From: Prolixibacteraceae bacterium
GTDB taxonomy: Bacteria; Bacteroidota; Bacteroidia; Bacteroidales; Prolixibacteraceae
Length of the DNA: 64,000 nucleotides
Assembly (NCBI GenBank): GCA_003537645.1
Contig: DPRM01000087.1
Coordinates: 36,592 to 100,591 of the forward strand
Direction: 5' to 3'
Positions 38,293-48,038 of this stretch are shown here, piece by piece. The position numbers were made by a program, and so were the translations under genes. Position 1 is the stretch's first letter; each line of letters opens with the position of its first letter. The notes below the pieces were generated by a model. The model did not search any database, was not told the origin of the DNA, and saw nothing but the letters and a program-made list of their open reading frames with translations.

Positions 38293-39522
38293 TTATTTCA
38301 GGTTTCTGACACGTTCCATTGCTTCCAGCACATTGGCGCGATCGGCAAATGCTGAAAAGCGGAAATAGCCTTCGCCCGACGGGCCAAATCCGGAACCGGG
38401 TGTTCCTACCACATTGGCCACATTCAGTAATTTATCGAAGAAATCCCACGATTTCATATTGTCCGGAGTTTTAACCCAAACGTAAGGTGCGTTCACTCCT
38501 CCAAATACGGTGAAGCCGGTTTCTTTCAGGCTTTCGCGCATGATGCGTGCATTTTCGAGGTAATACGCAATCACTTCTTTTACTTGTTTCTTACCTTCTT
38601 CGGTATATATGGCGGCAGCAGCTTTCTGCACCGGGTACGATACTCCATTGAATTTGGTTGTGTGACGGCGGTTCCACAATGGTTTTACCGGATGCGCGTT
38701 TCCTTCGCTGTCGTAAGCTTTCAGTTCTTTTGGAATAACGGTGAAAGCACAGCGCGTTCCGGTGAAACCTGCTGTTTTTGAGAAACTGCGGAATTCGAGC
38801 GCCACTTCTTTGGCGCCTTCAATTTCGAAAATCGAATGAGGAATCGTGTCGTCGGTAATGAATGCTTCGTAAGCGGCGTCATACAAAATCACGCATTTAT
38901 TTTCTCTGGCATAGTTCACCCATTTGGTCAGCTCTTCTTTCGAGGCCACTGTTCCGGTCGGGTTGTTTGGGAAACACAGGAAAATAAGGTCGGGACGCTC
39001 GGTTGGCAATTCAGGAATGAACCCGTTGGCCTCGTTGCATGGCATGTAAATAATGCCTTCAAAATATCCATTTTGCTGAATAGTACCGGTTTTGCCCGAC
39101 ATTACTGTGGTATCGGCATACACAGGATAAACCGGGTCGCAAATGGCAATTTTATTTCCGGCGCCAAATACTTCCTGAATGTTTCCGGTATCGCATTTCG
39201 AGCCATCTGAAACAAAAATATCGTCAGCCGAAATATCTACTCCACGGTTTTTGTAGTCGTTCAAAGCGATTGCTTCGCGCAGGAAATCGTAACCTTGTTC
39301 AGGGCCATAGCCTTTAAATGACGAAGCGCTGGCCATTTCGTCAACACCTTCGTGGAAAGCCTTTATCACTGCCGGAACCAGCGGTTGGGTAACATCGCCA
39401 ATTCCCATTCTGATTACTTTTTTATCAGGATTGGCTTCAGCAAATTCGCGTACTCTGCGCCCAATCTCGGGGAACAAATATCCCGCCTGAAGTTTCAGGT
39501 AATTCTCGTTAATTAATGCCAT
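38293..39522 (-). CDS. dapL: LL-diaminopimelate aminotransferase
   Basis: [55 protein letters not shown]. Start placed at [16 protein letters not shown] -7 box at 39565-39572. Confidence 0.95.
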   Translation of the reverse strand: MALINENYLKLQAGYLFPEIGRRVREFAEANPDKKVIRMGIGDVTQPLVPAVIKAFHEGVDEMASASSFKGYGPEQGYDFLREAIALNDYKNRGVDISADDIFVSDGSKCDTGNIQEVFGAGNKIAICDPVYPVYADTTVMSGKTGTIQQNGYFEGIIYMPCNEANGFIPELPTERPDLIFLCFPNNPTGTVASKEELTKWVNYARENKCVILYDAAYEAFITDDTIPHSIFEIEGAKEVALEFRSFSKTAGFTGTRCAFTVIPKELKAYDSEGNAHPVKPLWNRRHTTKFNGVSYPVQKAAAAIYTEEGKKQVKEVIAYYLENARIMRESLKETGFTVFGGVNAPYVWVKTPDNMKSWDFFDKLLNVANVVGTPGSGFGPSGEGYFRFSAFADRANVLEAMERVRNLK

Positions 39523-39799
39523 GATATGATGTTTTAAGTGATAATTTTTCAAATTTCGAGCCTTCAAAGTTATAATTTTTTATTTTGAGGCCTTTTTAGT
39601 TTCGATTTTTGTATTCAGAAAATCGCAAATATTTTACAGAGATGTCATCTTGTACCTCTGCAAATGGGGCGACGTTGCTTTGCTCTGGCTTACGCTAACG
39701 CGGAGTACCCCCCCATAGAAGTAAACAATACAGTTGCATTAAGTTATTTAGAATGCTTGTAAATTGCCCCCCCCAGTGAAAGTATTTTGATAAAAGGGT

Positions 39800-39931
39800 T
39801 ACCTTTGGCTCGACTTTGGAATTAACAAACAACATATATATTATAAAAGGGAAAAACTCGGCTCTTTAAAAAGAAACCGGGTTATCACTATTTGTTTTTT
39901 ACCGAAAAGGGCAGCAGGACCTGCCCTTTTC
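39800..39931 (+). promoter_or_regulatory. -7 box TACCTTTG followed by a leader with a strong hairpin
   Basis: TACCTTTG at 39800-39807. GAAAAGGGCAG-CAGGAC-CTGCCCTTTTC at 39904-39931. Confidence 0.5.
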
Positions 39932-39963
39932 AAAACACTTCAAAAGTATTAAAAAACAATAAC

Positions 39964-40605
39964 ATGAAAAAACTACTTCTAATTTTACTCTTCTTAAGTT
40001 ATACTTCAATGTTTAGCTATTCCCAATCCAAAACCGAATTCGGTCTTACCACCGAAGGTTCATGGTTTATGCCCCAGCAATCCTATGGCCGTGATTGGTC
40101 AACCAAAGCCGGATTTGGCGCCGGGATTGGTGTTTATGCCTCACGAACTATTTTTTACCGTTTTTCGGCAGACATAGGTTTAGCATATCGTTACAAACAA
40201 ATGAAGCGGCATTATGTGGTTTATCTAGATAATACCGATGGATTTGATCCCTATGGATACGGATTTCCTAGGATTGAAGGTTGGGATAAACTCCCGATGC
40301 ATTATATCGTTGTGCCTGTTCATTTCCAAATGCTTTTAAGTAAAAGCTTTTTTATTCGAGGAGGTATTGAATCGACCTGGCTGATGAATTACGAACATGC
40401 GAATGAAAAGCCTGAATACAACTGGACACTTGGATTTGGAAGCCAGAAACACAAATTAAAATGGTCGGTCAATTACATAAAAGGTTTTAAAGATCAGGGA
40501 TTCGGAGACAGAACACCGGAGGCCGATGGCCATTATAAAGGATCGATTAATCGTAACAACATGCTCCAGCTCAACCTCTCGTACCCCATCTGGCAAAAAC
40601 AATAA
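39964..40605 (+). CDS. Outer-membrane beta-barrel (porin-family) protein
   Basis: Signal peptide MKKLLLILLF, alternating strand pattern, C-terminal LNLSYPIW. Confidence 0.65.
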   Translation: MKKLLLILLFLSYTSMFSYSQSKTEFGLTTEGSWFMPQQSYGRDWSTKAGFGAGIGVYASRTIFYRFSADIGLAYRYKQMKRHYVVYLDNTDGFDPYGYGFPRIEGWDKLPMHYIVVPVHFQMLLSKSFFIRGGIESTWLMNYEHANEKPEYNWTLGFGSQKHKLKWSVNYIKGFKDQGFGDRTPEADGHYKGSINRNNMLQLNLSYPIWQKQ

Positions 40606-40609
40606 TAGT

Positions 40610-42994
40610 ATGCGATTTATTACAATTCTGACCTTATTTTTTCTCTCCTTTTCAACAATTGCCCAGCAAAAGCGAACCATTTCCGGTTACGTTACCGATG
40701 CCCAAACAGGAGAGCGGCTCTATGCAGCTTCAGTTTACGAACAGAATTCGGGTATTGGCACAATCAGCAACCGCTTTGGCTTTTTTAGTTTGACACTAAA
40801 GGAAGGGGTGGCTAACTTGAAAATTTCGTTTGTAGGTTACCAGCCACAAACAAAAATCATCAATTTGTCTGCCGACACTTTATTGATGTTTTCACTAAAA
40901 TCGGACAATAAACTTGACGAGGTAGTTGTAAAAGGCAACAGAAATAGTAAGCTGGCCGACAATAGCAAGCTGGGGCACGTTAAACTTTCGGCAAAAGAAC
41001 TTGCCAAACTACCTTCTCTGATGGGCGAGAAAGACGTGATGAAAAGCCTGATGATCCTTCCCGGAGTGCAGCAAGGCAGCGAAGGAAGTTCGGGCATTTT
41101 TGTGCGGGGTGGAAGTCCTGACCAGAACCTTATTTTGCTCGACGATGTGCCGTTGTATAATGTATCACATTTGTTTGGTTTCGTGTCGGTTTTTACGCCC
41201 GAAGCCATCAACAGTATTGACTTTTACAAAGGCGGTTTCCCGGCACGCTATGGAGGACGGCTTTCGTCGGTGGTTGATTTGCGGATGAAAGACGGGAATA
41301 AAAATAAGCGGGAGACCAGCATTAACCTGGGACTTATTTCGAGCCAGTTTACCACCGAAGGCCCCATCAAAAAAGGCGAATCATCGTATTTCTTTTCTGT
41401 TCGCCGAACCTTGCTCGATCTTATATTCAAAGGTGTTGCCAAAGTAGCCCAAAAAAATATGGAAGAACAGGCCATTCCATCGTACGGATTTTATGATATT
41501 AACGGAAAAATAAATTTCAGGCTGAACGAGAGAAACCATCTTTACTTGAGCTTTTATTCAGGTAAAGACAATTTGTCTTTTGAATACAGCGATCACCTGA
41601 AATCGACCGAGAAGGAAGAAACCCAAAAAACATCAGGTGCTTTAAATTGGGGGAATGTAATGACCGCGCTGAAGCTAAACTCCCAACTGAATTCCAAACT
41701 ATTTGTAAACACTACCTTGAGCGGCAGTATTTTCAATTATGGTAATTTATTTAATGGAAATACCGAAACCATAGTTGGTAGCGATATCTCGAAAAATAAT
41801 TTCAGCCTCGAATATCAATCGCAAATCAGGTCGCTTGGCCTGAAAACCGACCTCGATGTTTACAGTAAATCGAACTTGCCGTTTCAAATAGGGCTGTTTG
41901 CCAATGTAAACAACTATTTGCCAGGCAAACAAAAGGTTGCCCGTAACGAAGGGACAGATGAAAATTCGAGCGGAGAAATATCGAGCCTCGATTACGGGGT
42001 TTACCTCGATAAAAAAATCACCCTTGGGGATAAACTAAGTTTTACGGTGGGTTTGCGTAACGCATTTTATTCCATCCGCAACCAAAAAACATATTTCGCT
42101 GCCGAACCTCGTTTCAGTATGACATTCATATCAAACGAAAATACGAGCTATCAGGCTTCTTTTGCAAAAATGACCCAACCTATCCACCTTTTATCGAACG
42201 GCAATGTTGGCTTACCTACCGACATTTGGGTTCCTTCAACCAAACTGATACGGCCTGAAACTTCTGACATTTTTTCCGCAGGAATGAAAAAAGCAATCCC
42301 TTCTGGAATAAAGCTTTCGATGGAAGCCTATTACAAAAGGTTAAACCATGTGATTTCGTTTACTGAGGGAGATGGAATCCTGAATGTTGACCAAAATTGG
42401 GAACAAAAAATTACAGTTGGCAATGGGCGTGCCTGGGGGGTGGAAACTGAAGCCAGGTATAGCAATTCGAAGCTGGAAAGTTGGATTGGATACACATTGG
42501 CCTGGAACGATAGAAAATTTGACGACATCAACAAAGGCCGTTGGTTTCCTTATCAATACGACCGGCGGCACAAGTTCGATCTGGGAATCATCATGAAATT
42601 AAACAACGACTGGTCGGCTTCTGCCACCTGGACCTATCAATCGGGAGCTCCGGCTACCTATTCCGGACTGGACTATTCAGGGTTTCCCAATAATCTGAAC
42701 AATGAAACTACTGATTTTTTTACAGGCAAGCCAATTAACTCCGATCGAATCCAGTATTATCCATCAATAAATGGGGTCCGCCTGCCTGCTTACCACCGTT
42801 TTGACATTGGGTTTACCAAAGAATGGGAAAGGTACGGAAAGAAAAAGGCACTGTCAATAAGTGTTTACAATGTGTATTCAAGGCAAAATCCGTTTATGGT
42901 TTATGCCAAAACCAAACCCGATGGCACTATTGGGCTGAAACAATTCTCTTTATTCCCGGTCATTCCATCAATCAGTTATCGCATTAGTTTTTAA
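40610..42994 (+). CDS. TonB-dependent receptor with N-terminal carboxypeptidase-regulatory-like domain
   Basis: ISGYVTDAQTGERL, LPGVQ..EGSSG.FVRGGSPDQNL, YKGGFPARYGGRLSSV, C-terminal Phe. Confidence 0.9.
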   Translation: MRFITILTLFFLSFSTIAQQKRTISGYVTDAQTGERLYAASVYEQNSGIGTISNRFGFFSLTLKEGVANLKISFVGYQPQTKIINLSADTLLMFSLKSDNKLDEVVVKGNRNSKLADNSKLGHVKLSAKELAKLPSLMGEKDVMKSLMILPGVQQGSEGSSGIFVRGGSPDQNLILLDDVPLYNVSHLFGFVSVFTPEAINSIDFYKGGFPARYGGRLSSVVDLRMKDGNKNKRETSINLGLISSQFTTEGPIKKGESSYFFSVRRTLLDLIFKGVAKVAQKNMEEQAIPSYGFYDINGKINFRLNERNHLYLSFYSGKDNLSFEYSDHLKSTEKEETQKTSGALNWGNVMTALKLNSQLNSKLFVNTTLSGSIFNYGNLFNGNTETIVGSDISKNNFSLEYQSQIRSLGLKTDLDVYSKSNLPFQIGLFANVNNYLPGKQKVARNEGTDENSSGEISSLDYGVYLDKKITLGDKLSFTVGLRNAFYSIRNQKTYFAAEPRFSMTFISNENTSYQASFAKMTQPIHLLSNGNVGLPTDIWVPSTKLIRPETSDIFSAGMKKAIPSGIKLSMEAYYKRLNHVISFTEGDGILNVDQNWEQKITVGNGRAWGVETEARYSNSKLESWIGYTLAWNDRKFDDINKGRWFPYQYDRRHKFDLGIIMKLNNDWSASATWTYQSGAPATYSGLDYSGFPNNLNNETTDFFTGKPINSDRIQYYPSINGVRLPAYHRFDIGFTKEWERYGKKKALSISVYNVYSRQNPFMVYAKTKPDGTIGLKQFSLFPVIPSISYRISF

Positions 42995-43004
42995 TTTATT
43001 AGCC

Positions 43005-44099
43005 ATGAACAGAAATTATATACTACTTCTTCTTTTCCTCGTGGTTTCCTGTACCAAAGATTTGGAGCTCTCTTATGAAAAATCGGATCAGACAATGGTC
43101 GTCAACTGCCTATTTTCAGAAAATGAGGCATGGAAAGTTACATTAACCCGGGTCAAATCGTATCGCGACCAATCGGATACTTATATTGATGATGCCAGTG
43201 TTTTAATCGTTCCTGAAAACAACGATACCATTCATCTGGTCTATTTCAAAGATGGCATTTATGGTTCGGATGAGAAACCAATCAGCGGAGTTCAATACAG
43301 ATTGGTTGTTCGTGATTCCAAAGGAAATACAATCACAGCAAAAAGCTCGATCCCGTTAGAACCAATCATTTCCGACATAAAACCATCAACTCAGAGAACC
43401 ACCTATTTCTCAAATGCCAACCTGAGCGATTATACGGTAATGCCTTTGAGTTTCAGGATTTCGGCTAACGATTCCGCTAACTTTGTCCGTTTTTGCTTTT
43501 TTGCTTTCAATACCAAATGGGGATATACCCGGTATATGGTTACAAAAGAGACCATTTCGGAATTGCGCAAATTAGATTTTCCTGAAGCTTATCTTGGCGA
43601 ACTCGAAAAATTGATCGGTGTTAGTATGAGCAGTTATGTCTATTTTACGGTAATCCGTGAAATAAGCGAGAAATATGAACTTCCATCCAATGGCCTTGGT
43701 ATAGCTGTCTCAAAATTAAAAGAAAAAAAAGTAACAACGCGGTATGAAGATTCCTTTCAATCAGGCTATTTGTTTTCGAACAGCATTGGGTTTAACAATG
43801 TTTCAAAAGACATCTGGAATGTTTTGGGAGAATATAGTGCTGAGAAAGAATTAACCCTGTTTGTTACCGACGTTCCGGTACTGAACAAGGGGAGCCAGAC
43901 CAACTTTAAAGAAGAATACTGGCTTGAAGTAACAGGCATGAGCGAAGACTACTACAAGTACGAGAAATCCTATATCAAACAGGTAAATAATCTGGACAAT
44001 CCGTTTGCATCGGTTATTGAAGTGTATTCAAACCTAACCAATGGAGTCGGCATTTTTGCGGGCTACAACAGTCAAATGATTCATTACCACGATTATTAA
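43005..44099 (+). CDS. DUF4249-like lipoprotein
   Basis: Lipobox VVSC, C-terminal YSNLTNGVGIFAG. Follows a TonB-dependent receptor of this type. Confidence 0.7.
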   Translation: MNRNYILLLLFLVVSCTKDLELSYEKSDQTMVVNCLFSENEAWKVTLTRVKSYRDQSDTYIDDASVLIVPENNDTIHLVYFKDGIYGSDEKPISGVQYRLVVRDSKGNTITAKSSIPLEPIISDIKPSTQRTTYFSNANLSDYTVMPLSFRISANDSANFVRFCFFAFNTKWGYTRYMVTKETISELRKLDFPEAYLGELEKLIGVSMSSYVYFTVIREISEKYELPSNGLGIAVSKLKEKKVTTRYEDSFQSGYLFSNSIGFNNVSKDIWNVLGEYSAEKELTLFVTDVPVLNKGSQTNFKEEYWLEVTGMSEDYYKYEKSYIKQVNNLDNPFASVIEVYSNLTNGVGIFAGYNSQMIHYHDY

Positions 44100-44243
44100 A
44101 CAGTTGATTTTAATGCCTGGCCTTATTCCCTGCTCCCGCACACCCTTGACTTATTCGAAAATTAAAATGTTTAAATAAATTCGATAATCGCTAAACAAAT
44201 TTGCCAGAATGTAGTTTGAATTCCTGCATTTAAACTATCAAAA

Positions 44244-44720
44244 ATGATCACATTCAAATCACATTCAGGAATTTATACATTGGAGGTCCAGCAGTTTTTA
44301 AATATTTCGCTGGCCGAAGCCTGGGAATTTTTCTCATCTCCGGACAATCTGGCAAAAATAACACCACCGCACATGGGTTTTATCATTACTTCGGGCACTC
44401 CGGCAAAGATGTATCCGGGACAAATTATCTCCTACAAAGTATCGCCATTCCCGGGATTCAAAACCAATTGGGTTACAGAAATTACACAGGTTACCAATCA
44501 ATGCTTCTTTGTTGACGAGCAGCGTTTTGGCCCCTACCAAATGTGGCACCACGAGCATCGTTTCGAAGTTCAGGGAAACGGCGTTTTGATGACCGACCGT
44601 GTTTCGTACAAATTACCGCTCGGTTTTTTGGGTCGAATTGCACATGCAATTTTTGTTAAGGAACAGCTGAAACAAATTTTTAGTTATCGGATTGCCGTAA
44701 TGGAACAGAGATTTGGATGA
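44244..44720 (+). CDS. SRPBCC-family protein
   Basis: WEFFSSPDNLAKITPP, WVTEIT, FVDEQRFGPY..WHHEH, IFSYR. Confidence 0.88.
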   Translation: MITFKSHSGIYTLEVQQFLNISLAEAWEFFSSPDNLAKITPPHMGFIITSGTPAKMYPGQIISYKVSPFPGFKTNWVTEITQVTNQCFFVDEQRFGPYQMWHHEHRFEVQGNGVLMTDRVSYKLPLGFLGRIAHAIFVKEQLKQIFSYRIAVMEQRFG

Positions 44721-44751
44721 AAGTTATCAATTGAATAGCTGGTTTTAGAAC

Positions 44752-44776
44752 ATAATTACTTAAGTTAAGTAATTAT
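44752..44776. promoter_or_regulatory. Perfect AT-rich palindrome upstream of an outer-membrane receptor gene
   Basis: ATAATTACTTAA-G-TTAAGTAATTAT. Confidence 0.5.
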
Positions 44777-44871
44777 ATTTTAGTGTATTACGAAACATTC
44801 CCTAATAAAATCGTATATTAGTATCTTAATATCCTTTAAGTATTAATGTCACCTTTAATTCCTATATTATT

Positions 44872-47310
44872 ATGAAGGTACTGATACGAATATTTAAGCC
44901 GGTTTTGTTTTTATTGATCGTTGTTTTCAGCCCCGTAATTTTGGTTGCTCAAATTCAGGGCTCGGTATTGGACTTTAATAATCAGCCACTTGCATACGCG
45001 AATGTGCTGCTGCTCAATCAAAAGGATTCTTCGCTGGTTTCAGGAATTATAGCATCCGAAGCGGGAACCTTCAATATCACCAACTTCAAGCCCGGAAATT
45101 ACCTGTTGGGAGTTAGTATGATGGGATATAAACCTGCTTATTCGCCGCCTTTTGTGATAAAAAGTTCGAATGAGCATGTTCACAACGAACCCATTTTAGT
45201 TGAGGAAGATAGCCACCAGCTTCAGGATGTAAATGTAGTGGCGAAAAAACCATTGTACGAATTGCAAATCGACCGGATGGTGGTAAATGTGGAGAACAGC
45301 ATTTCTTCGGCCGGAAACAGTGCACTTGAGGTACTCGAAAAATCGCCGGGTATTGTTGTTGACCGCCAAAATAATTCGATCTCGATGGGAGGAAAAGATG
45401 GGGTGATTGTGATGGTTAACGGGAAACAGAGCCGAATGCCTATGGAAGCAGCTTTTCAGTTGCTCAACTCGTTGAGTTCGGATAATGTCAAGAAGATAGA
45501 ACTGATTACAAATCCACCTTCGAAATACGATGCCGATGGCAATGCCGGAATTATAAATGTTGTTCTAAAGAAAAACGACGCGTTTGGAACAAACGGTTCT
45601 TTCAAATTGGGCGCAGGTGTGGCAACCCGCGAAAAAATGGAAGCGAGTTTTAACATCAACCACCACATTGAAAAGGTGAATTTCTTTGGAACTTACAATA
45701 CCTCTTTTAACAATGCACGCACGCAGATTGATTCGTACCGGCGAACAATGGATGAAGGATCTGTGCTTGAGTCTGATGCAAAGAGCAAGCGGGAATCAAT
45801 CACACTTTTTCAGGACATACGAATGGGTTTCGATTACACGATAACCAGCAAAACAGTGTTTAGTTTTTTGGGCACCGGCTATGTGAGAGATTGGGAGGCT
45901 GACGCTTTAAACAAGATCGATTACCTTGAAAATAATTCCTTTTCACGAATGTCGAACCTGAAAATGCAGGAATTAAGCAAATGGATTCATGGAATGGGGA
46001 ACATTAACCTTCAGCACAGTATTAAGGAAGACGAAATCCTGGATTTTAATATTGATTACCTGAATTATTACAACGACAATCCGTCTGATTATCAGGTTGA
46101 AAAGCAGAATAGTTCAGGTGGATTTGAAACGGGCGAAGACATCAAGGTTACAAAGCTTACTCCGATTAACATTGTGGTCGGAAAGTTTGATTACACAAAA
46201 CAAATCAACCCGAAACTGAAGCTGGAGGCTGGCCTGAAAAGCACTTTTACATTTTTTGAAAACAAAGTGGGGGTATCGTATTTCAATACCGGAGCCTGGA
46301 CGATCGATGGTGATTTGACAAATAATTACTCGCTCGATGAAAATATCAGCGCAGCATATTCCTCTGCAAATTACCAGATTAGCGAAAGCACTGGTCTCGT
46401 GGCTGGTTTGAGATACGAATACATGAATTCGGTGCTCGATTCTGAAACCGAAAAGGGAATTGTTGACCTTCATTACGGCGAATTTTTTCCAAGCCTTTAC
46501 TTCTCGCACAAACTGAACAAAAACAACACATTTCAGCTTTCGTACAGCCGACGGATCGACCGGCCAACATTCAACGAACTTGCGCCTTTTATCGTTTTTA
46601 TGACTCCGGAAACTTTTGTATCGGGCAACGAAAATCTTTTGCCAGCATTGAGCAATATTTATAAAACCGAATACCAGCTTAAAAGGATCATCCTATCAGT
46701 GACACTTACCGATACTAAAAATTCGATTGCCCGTTTTCAGCCAAAAAACAACGAAGATCAAAGCAAGCAGTATTTCATTTCACGAAATTTCGACAGTGAT
46801 CAAACTCTCGCCGGAATGTTGGCTTTTCCGCTTAAAATAACCAGTTGGTGGGACATGCAGAATAATTTCAACTGGATCGCAAAACAAATATCTACCAATT
46901 ATGATGGAACTGACATCAGTATAACGCAGAGTAATTACCGTTTCAATACCATACAACGCATTAGCCTTAGTAAAAGGATATCGGCCGAAATTGCTGGTTT
47001 CTACAGGTCGCGCGCATTAAGCGGGGTTTATGTGCAAAACCCGATGGGGCGCCTGGATATTGGACTTCAAATGAAATTCAAAAATGAAAACAGCAAGCTC
47101 AACCTGAATTTAAGCGATGTTTTCAAATCAAGTGTCTGGAAGAGTTATGCCGATGTACCTGAATTAAATATATATACCAGATGGATGCTGGATTTTGAAC
47201 CCCGTGTATTCCGAATCAGCTTTACGCACAATTTTGGCGGCACAAAAATAAAAGCCCGCACACGCCAGACTGGCTCCGAAGAAGAACGTAACCGGGTTGG
47301 AGCTCAATAA
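44872..47310 (+). CDS. TonB-dependent receptor / OMP beta-barrel family protein
   Basis: DRMVVNV, LEKSPG, IELITNPPSKYDA.G.AGIIN, YSRRIDRP, C-terminal EERNR. Confidence 0.85.
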   Translation: MKVLIRIFKPVLFLLIVVFSPVILVAQIQGSVLDFNNQPLAYANVLLLNQKDSSLVSGIIASEAGTFNITNFKPGNYLLGVSMMGYKPAYSPPFVIKSSNEHVHNEPILVEEDSHQLQDVNVVAKKPLYELQIDRMVVNVENSISSAGNSALEVLEKSPGIVVDRQNNSISMGGKDGVIVMVNGKQSRMPMEAAFQLLNSLSSDNVKKIELITNPPSKYDADGNAGIINVVLKKNDAFGTNGSFKLGAGVATREKMEASFNINHHIEKVNFFGTYNTSFNNARTQIDSYRRTMDEGSVLESDAKSKRESITLFQDIRMGFDYTITSKTVFSFLGTGYVRDWEADALNKIDYLENNSFSRMSNLKMQELSKWIHGMGNINLQHSIKEDEILDFNIDYLNYYNDNPSDYQVEKQNSSGGFETGEDIKVTKLTPINIVVGKFDYTKQINPKLKLEAGLKSTFTFFENKVGVSYFNTGAWTIDGDLTNNYSLDENISAAYSSANYQISESTGLVAGLRYEYMNSVLDSETEKGIVDLHYGEFFPSLYFSHKLNKNNTFQLSYSRRIDRPTFNELAPFIVFMTPETFVSGNENLLPALSNIYKTEYQLKRIILSVTLTDTKNSIARFQPKNNEDQSKQYFISRNFDSDQTLAGMLAFPLKITSWWDMQNNFNWIAKQISTNYDGTDISITQSNYRFNTIQRISLSKRISAEIAGFYRSRALSGVYVQNPMGRLDIGLQMKFKNENSKLNLNLSDVFKSSVWKSYADVPELNIYTRWMLDFEPRVFRISFTHNFGGTKIKARTRQTGSEEERNRVGAQ

Positions 47311-47353
47311 GAATTAAGATGATTTAGATATGTCAAAGATCATATTTCGATTT

Positions 47354-47444
47354 ATTGACTCACCCCGAGCTCGCTGTGCTCGCTCATCTCCTCTCTCGCG
47401 AGAGAGGGGCAAAGACACCGCAAGGTGGCTTGGGGTGAGTTAAT
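47354..47444. repeat. Multi-hairpin palindromic element (REP-like or structured RNA)
   Basis: 17-bp closing stem plus inner hairpins CCTCTCTCGCGAGAGAGG and CACC-GCAA-GGTG. Confidence 0.65.
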
Positions 47445-47492
47445 TAAGTAAGTGTCAAAATTTTGTGGTTAATTTTAAAAAAAATCAGAAAC

Positions 47493-48008
47493 ATGGAAAC
47501 AAAAAATTTAGCTCGAAGACTAGCTCTTGTATTGGCCAGCTTTGTTCTGTTTACCTTGGTAACAGGTTCGTGCAAAAAGGATGATGCCGCGGATGATGGT
47601 AAATATTTTGTGCGTTTTAATGCCAACGGCAGTAAAGTGGAATTCACCGTGCAAGGCTCACTGGTAGCTGCATTCGGACAGGCAAGTTCGCAGTACAATG
47701 CAGTTTTTACCGGCGGAGATGGTACCAGTAACATCAGTTTGCAAGTGTTTGATGGCAAGGCCGTAGCTGCGGGTACATTTTCAGGTTATACAATTACTGG
47801 CGGTGCAGTTGTAGGGGCATTAATTGGCTACAGCGATGCCTCCGGAACGCTTTACACGCAAGGTTCGGTAGGATCTAATGCTTCCATTATCATTTCCGAA
47901 ATTACAGCGACAACCGTTAGAGGAACTTTCAGCGGAACGCTGAAATCAAGCGGGAAAGCTGACATTGTTGTTTCGCAGGGCGAATTTTATGTGTGGCGGG
48001 CCAATTAA
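47493..48008 (+). CDS. Hypothetical lipoprotein
   Basis: Lipobox TGSC followed by KKDD. Beta-rich, with GTFSGTL and GEF near the C-terminus. Confidence 0.7.
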   Translation: METKNLARRLALVLASFVLFTLVTGSCKKDDAADDGKYFVRFNANGSKVEFTVQGSLVAAFGQASSQYNAVFTGGDGTSNISLQVFDGKAVAAGTFSGYTITGGAVVGALIGYSDASGTLYTQGSVGSNASIIISEITATTVRGTFSGTLKSSGKADIVVSQGEFYVWRAN

Positions 48009-48038
48009 TTTTGTGAAATATACCTTTATGCAGCGCTT

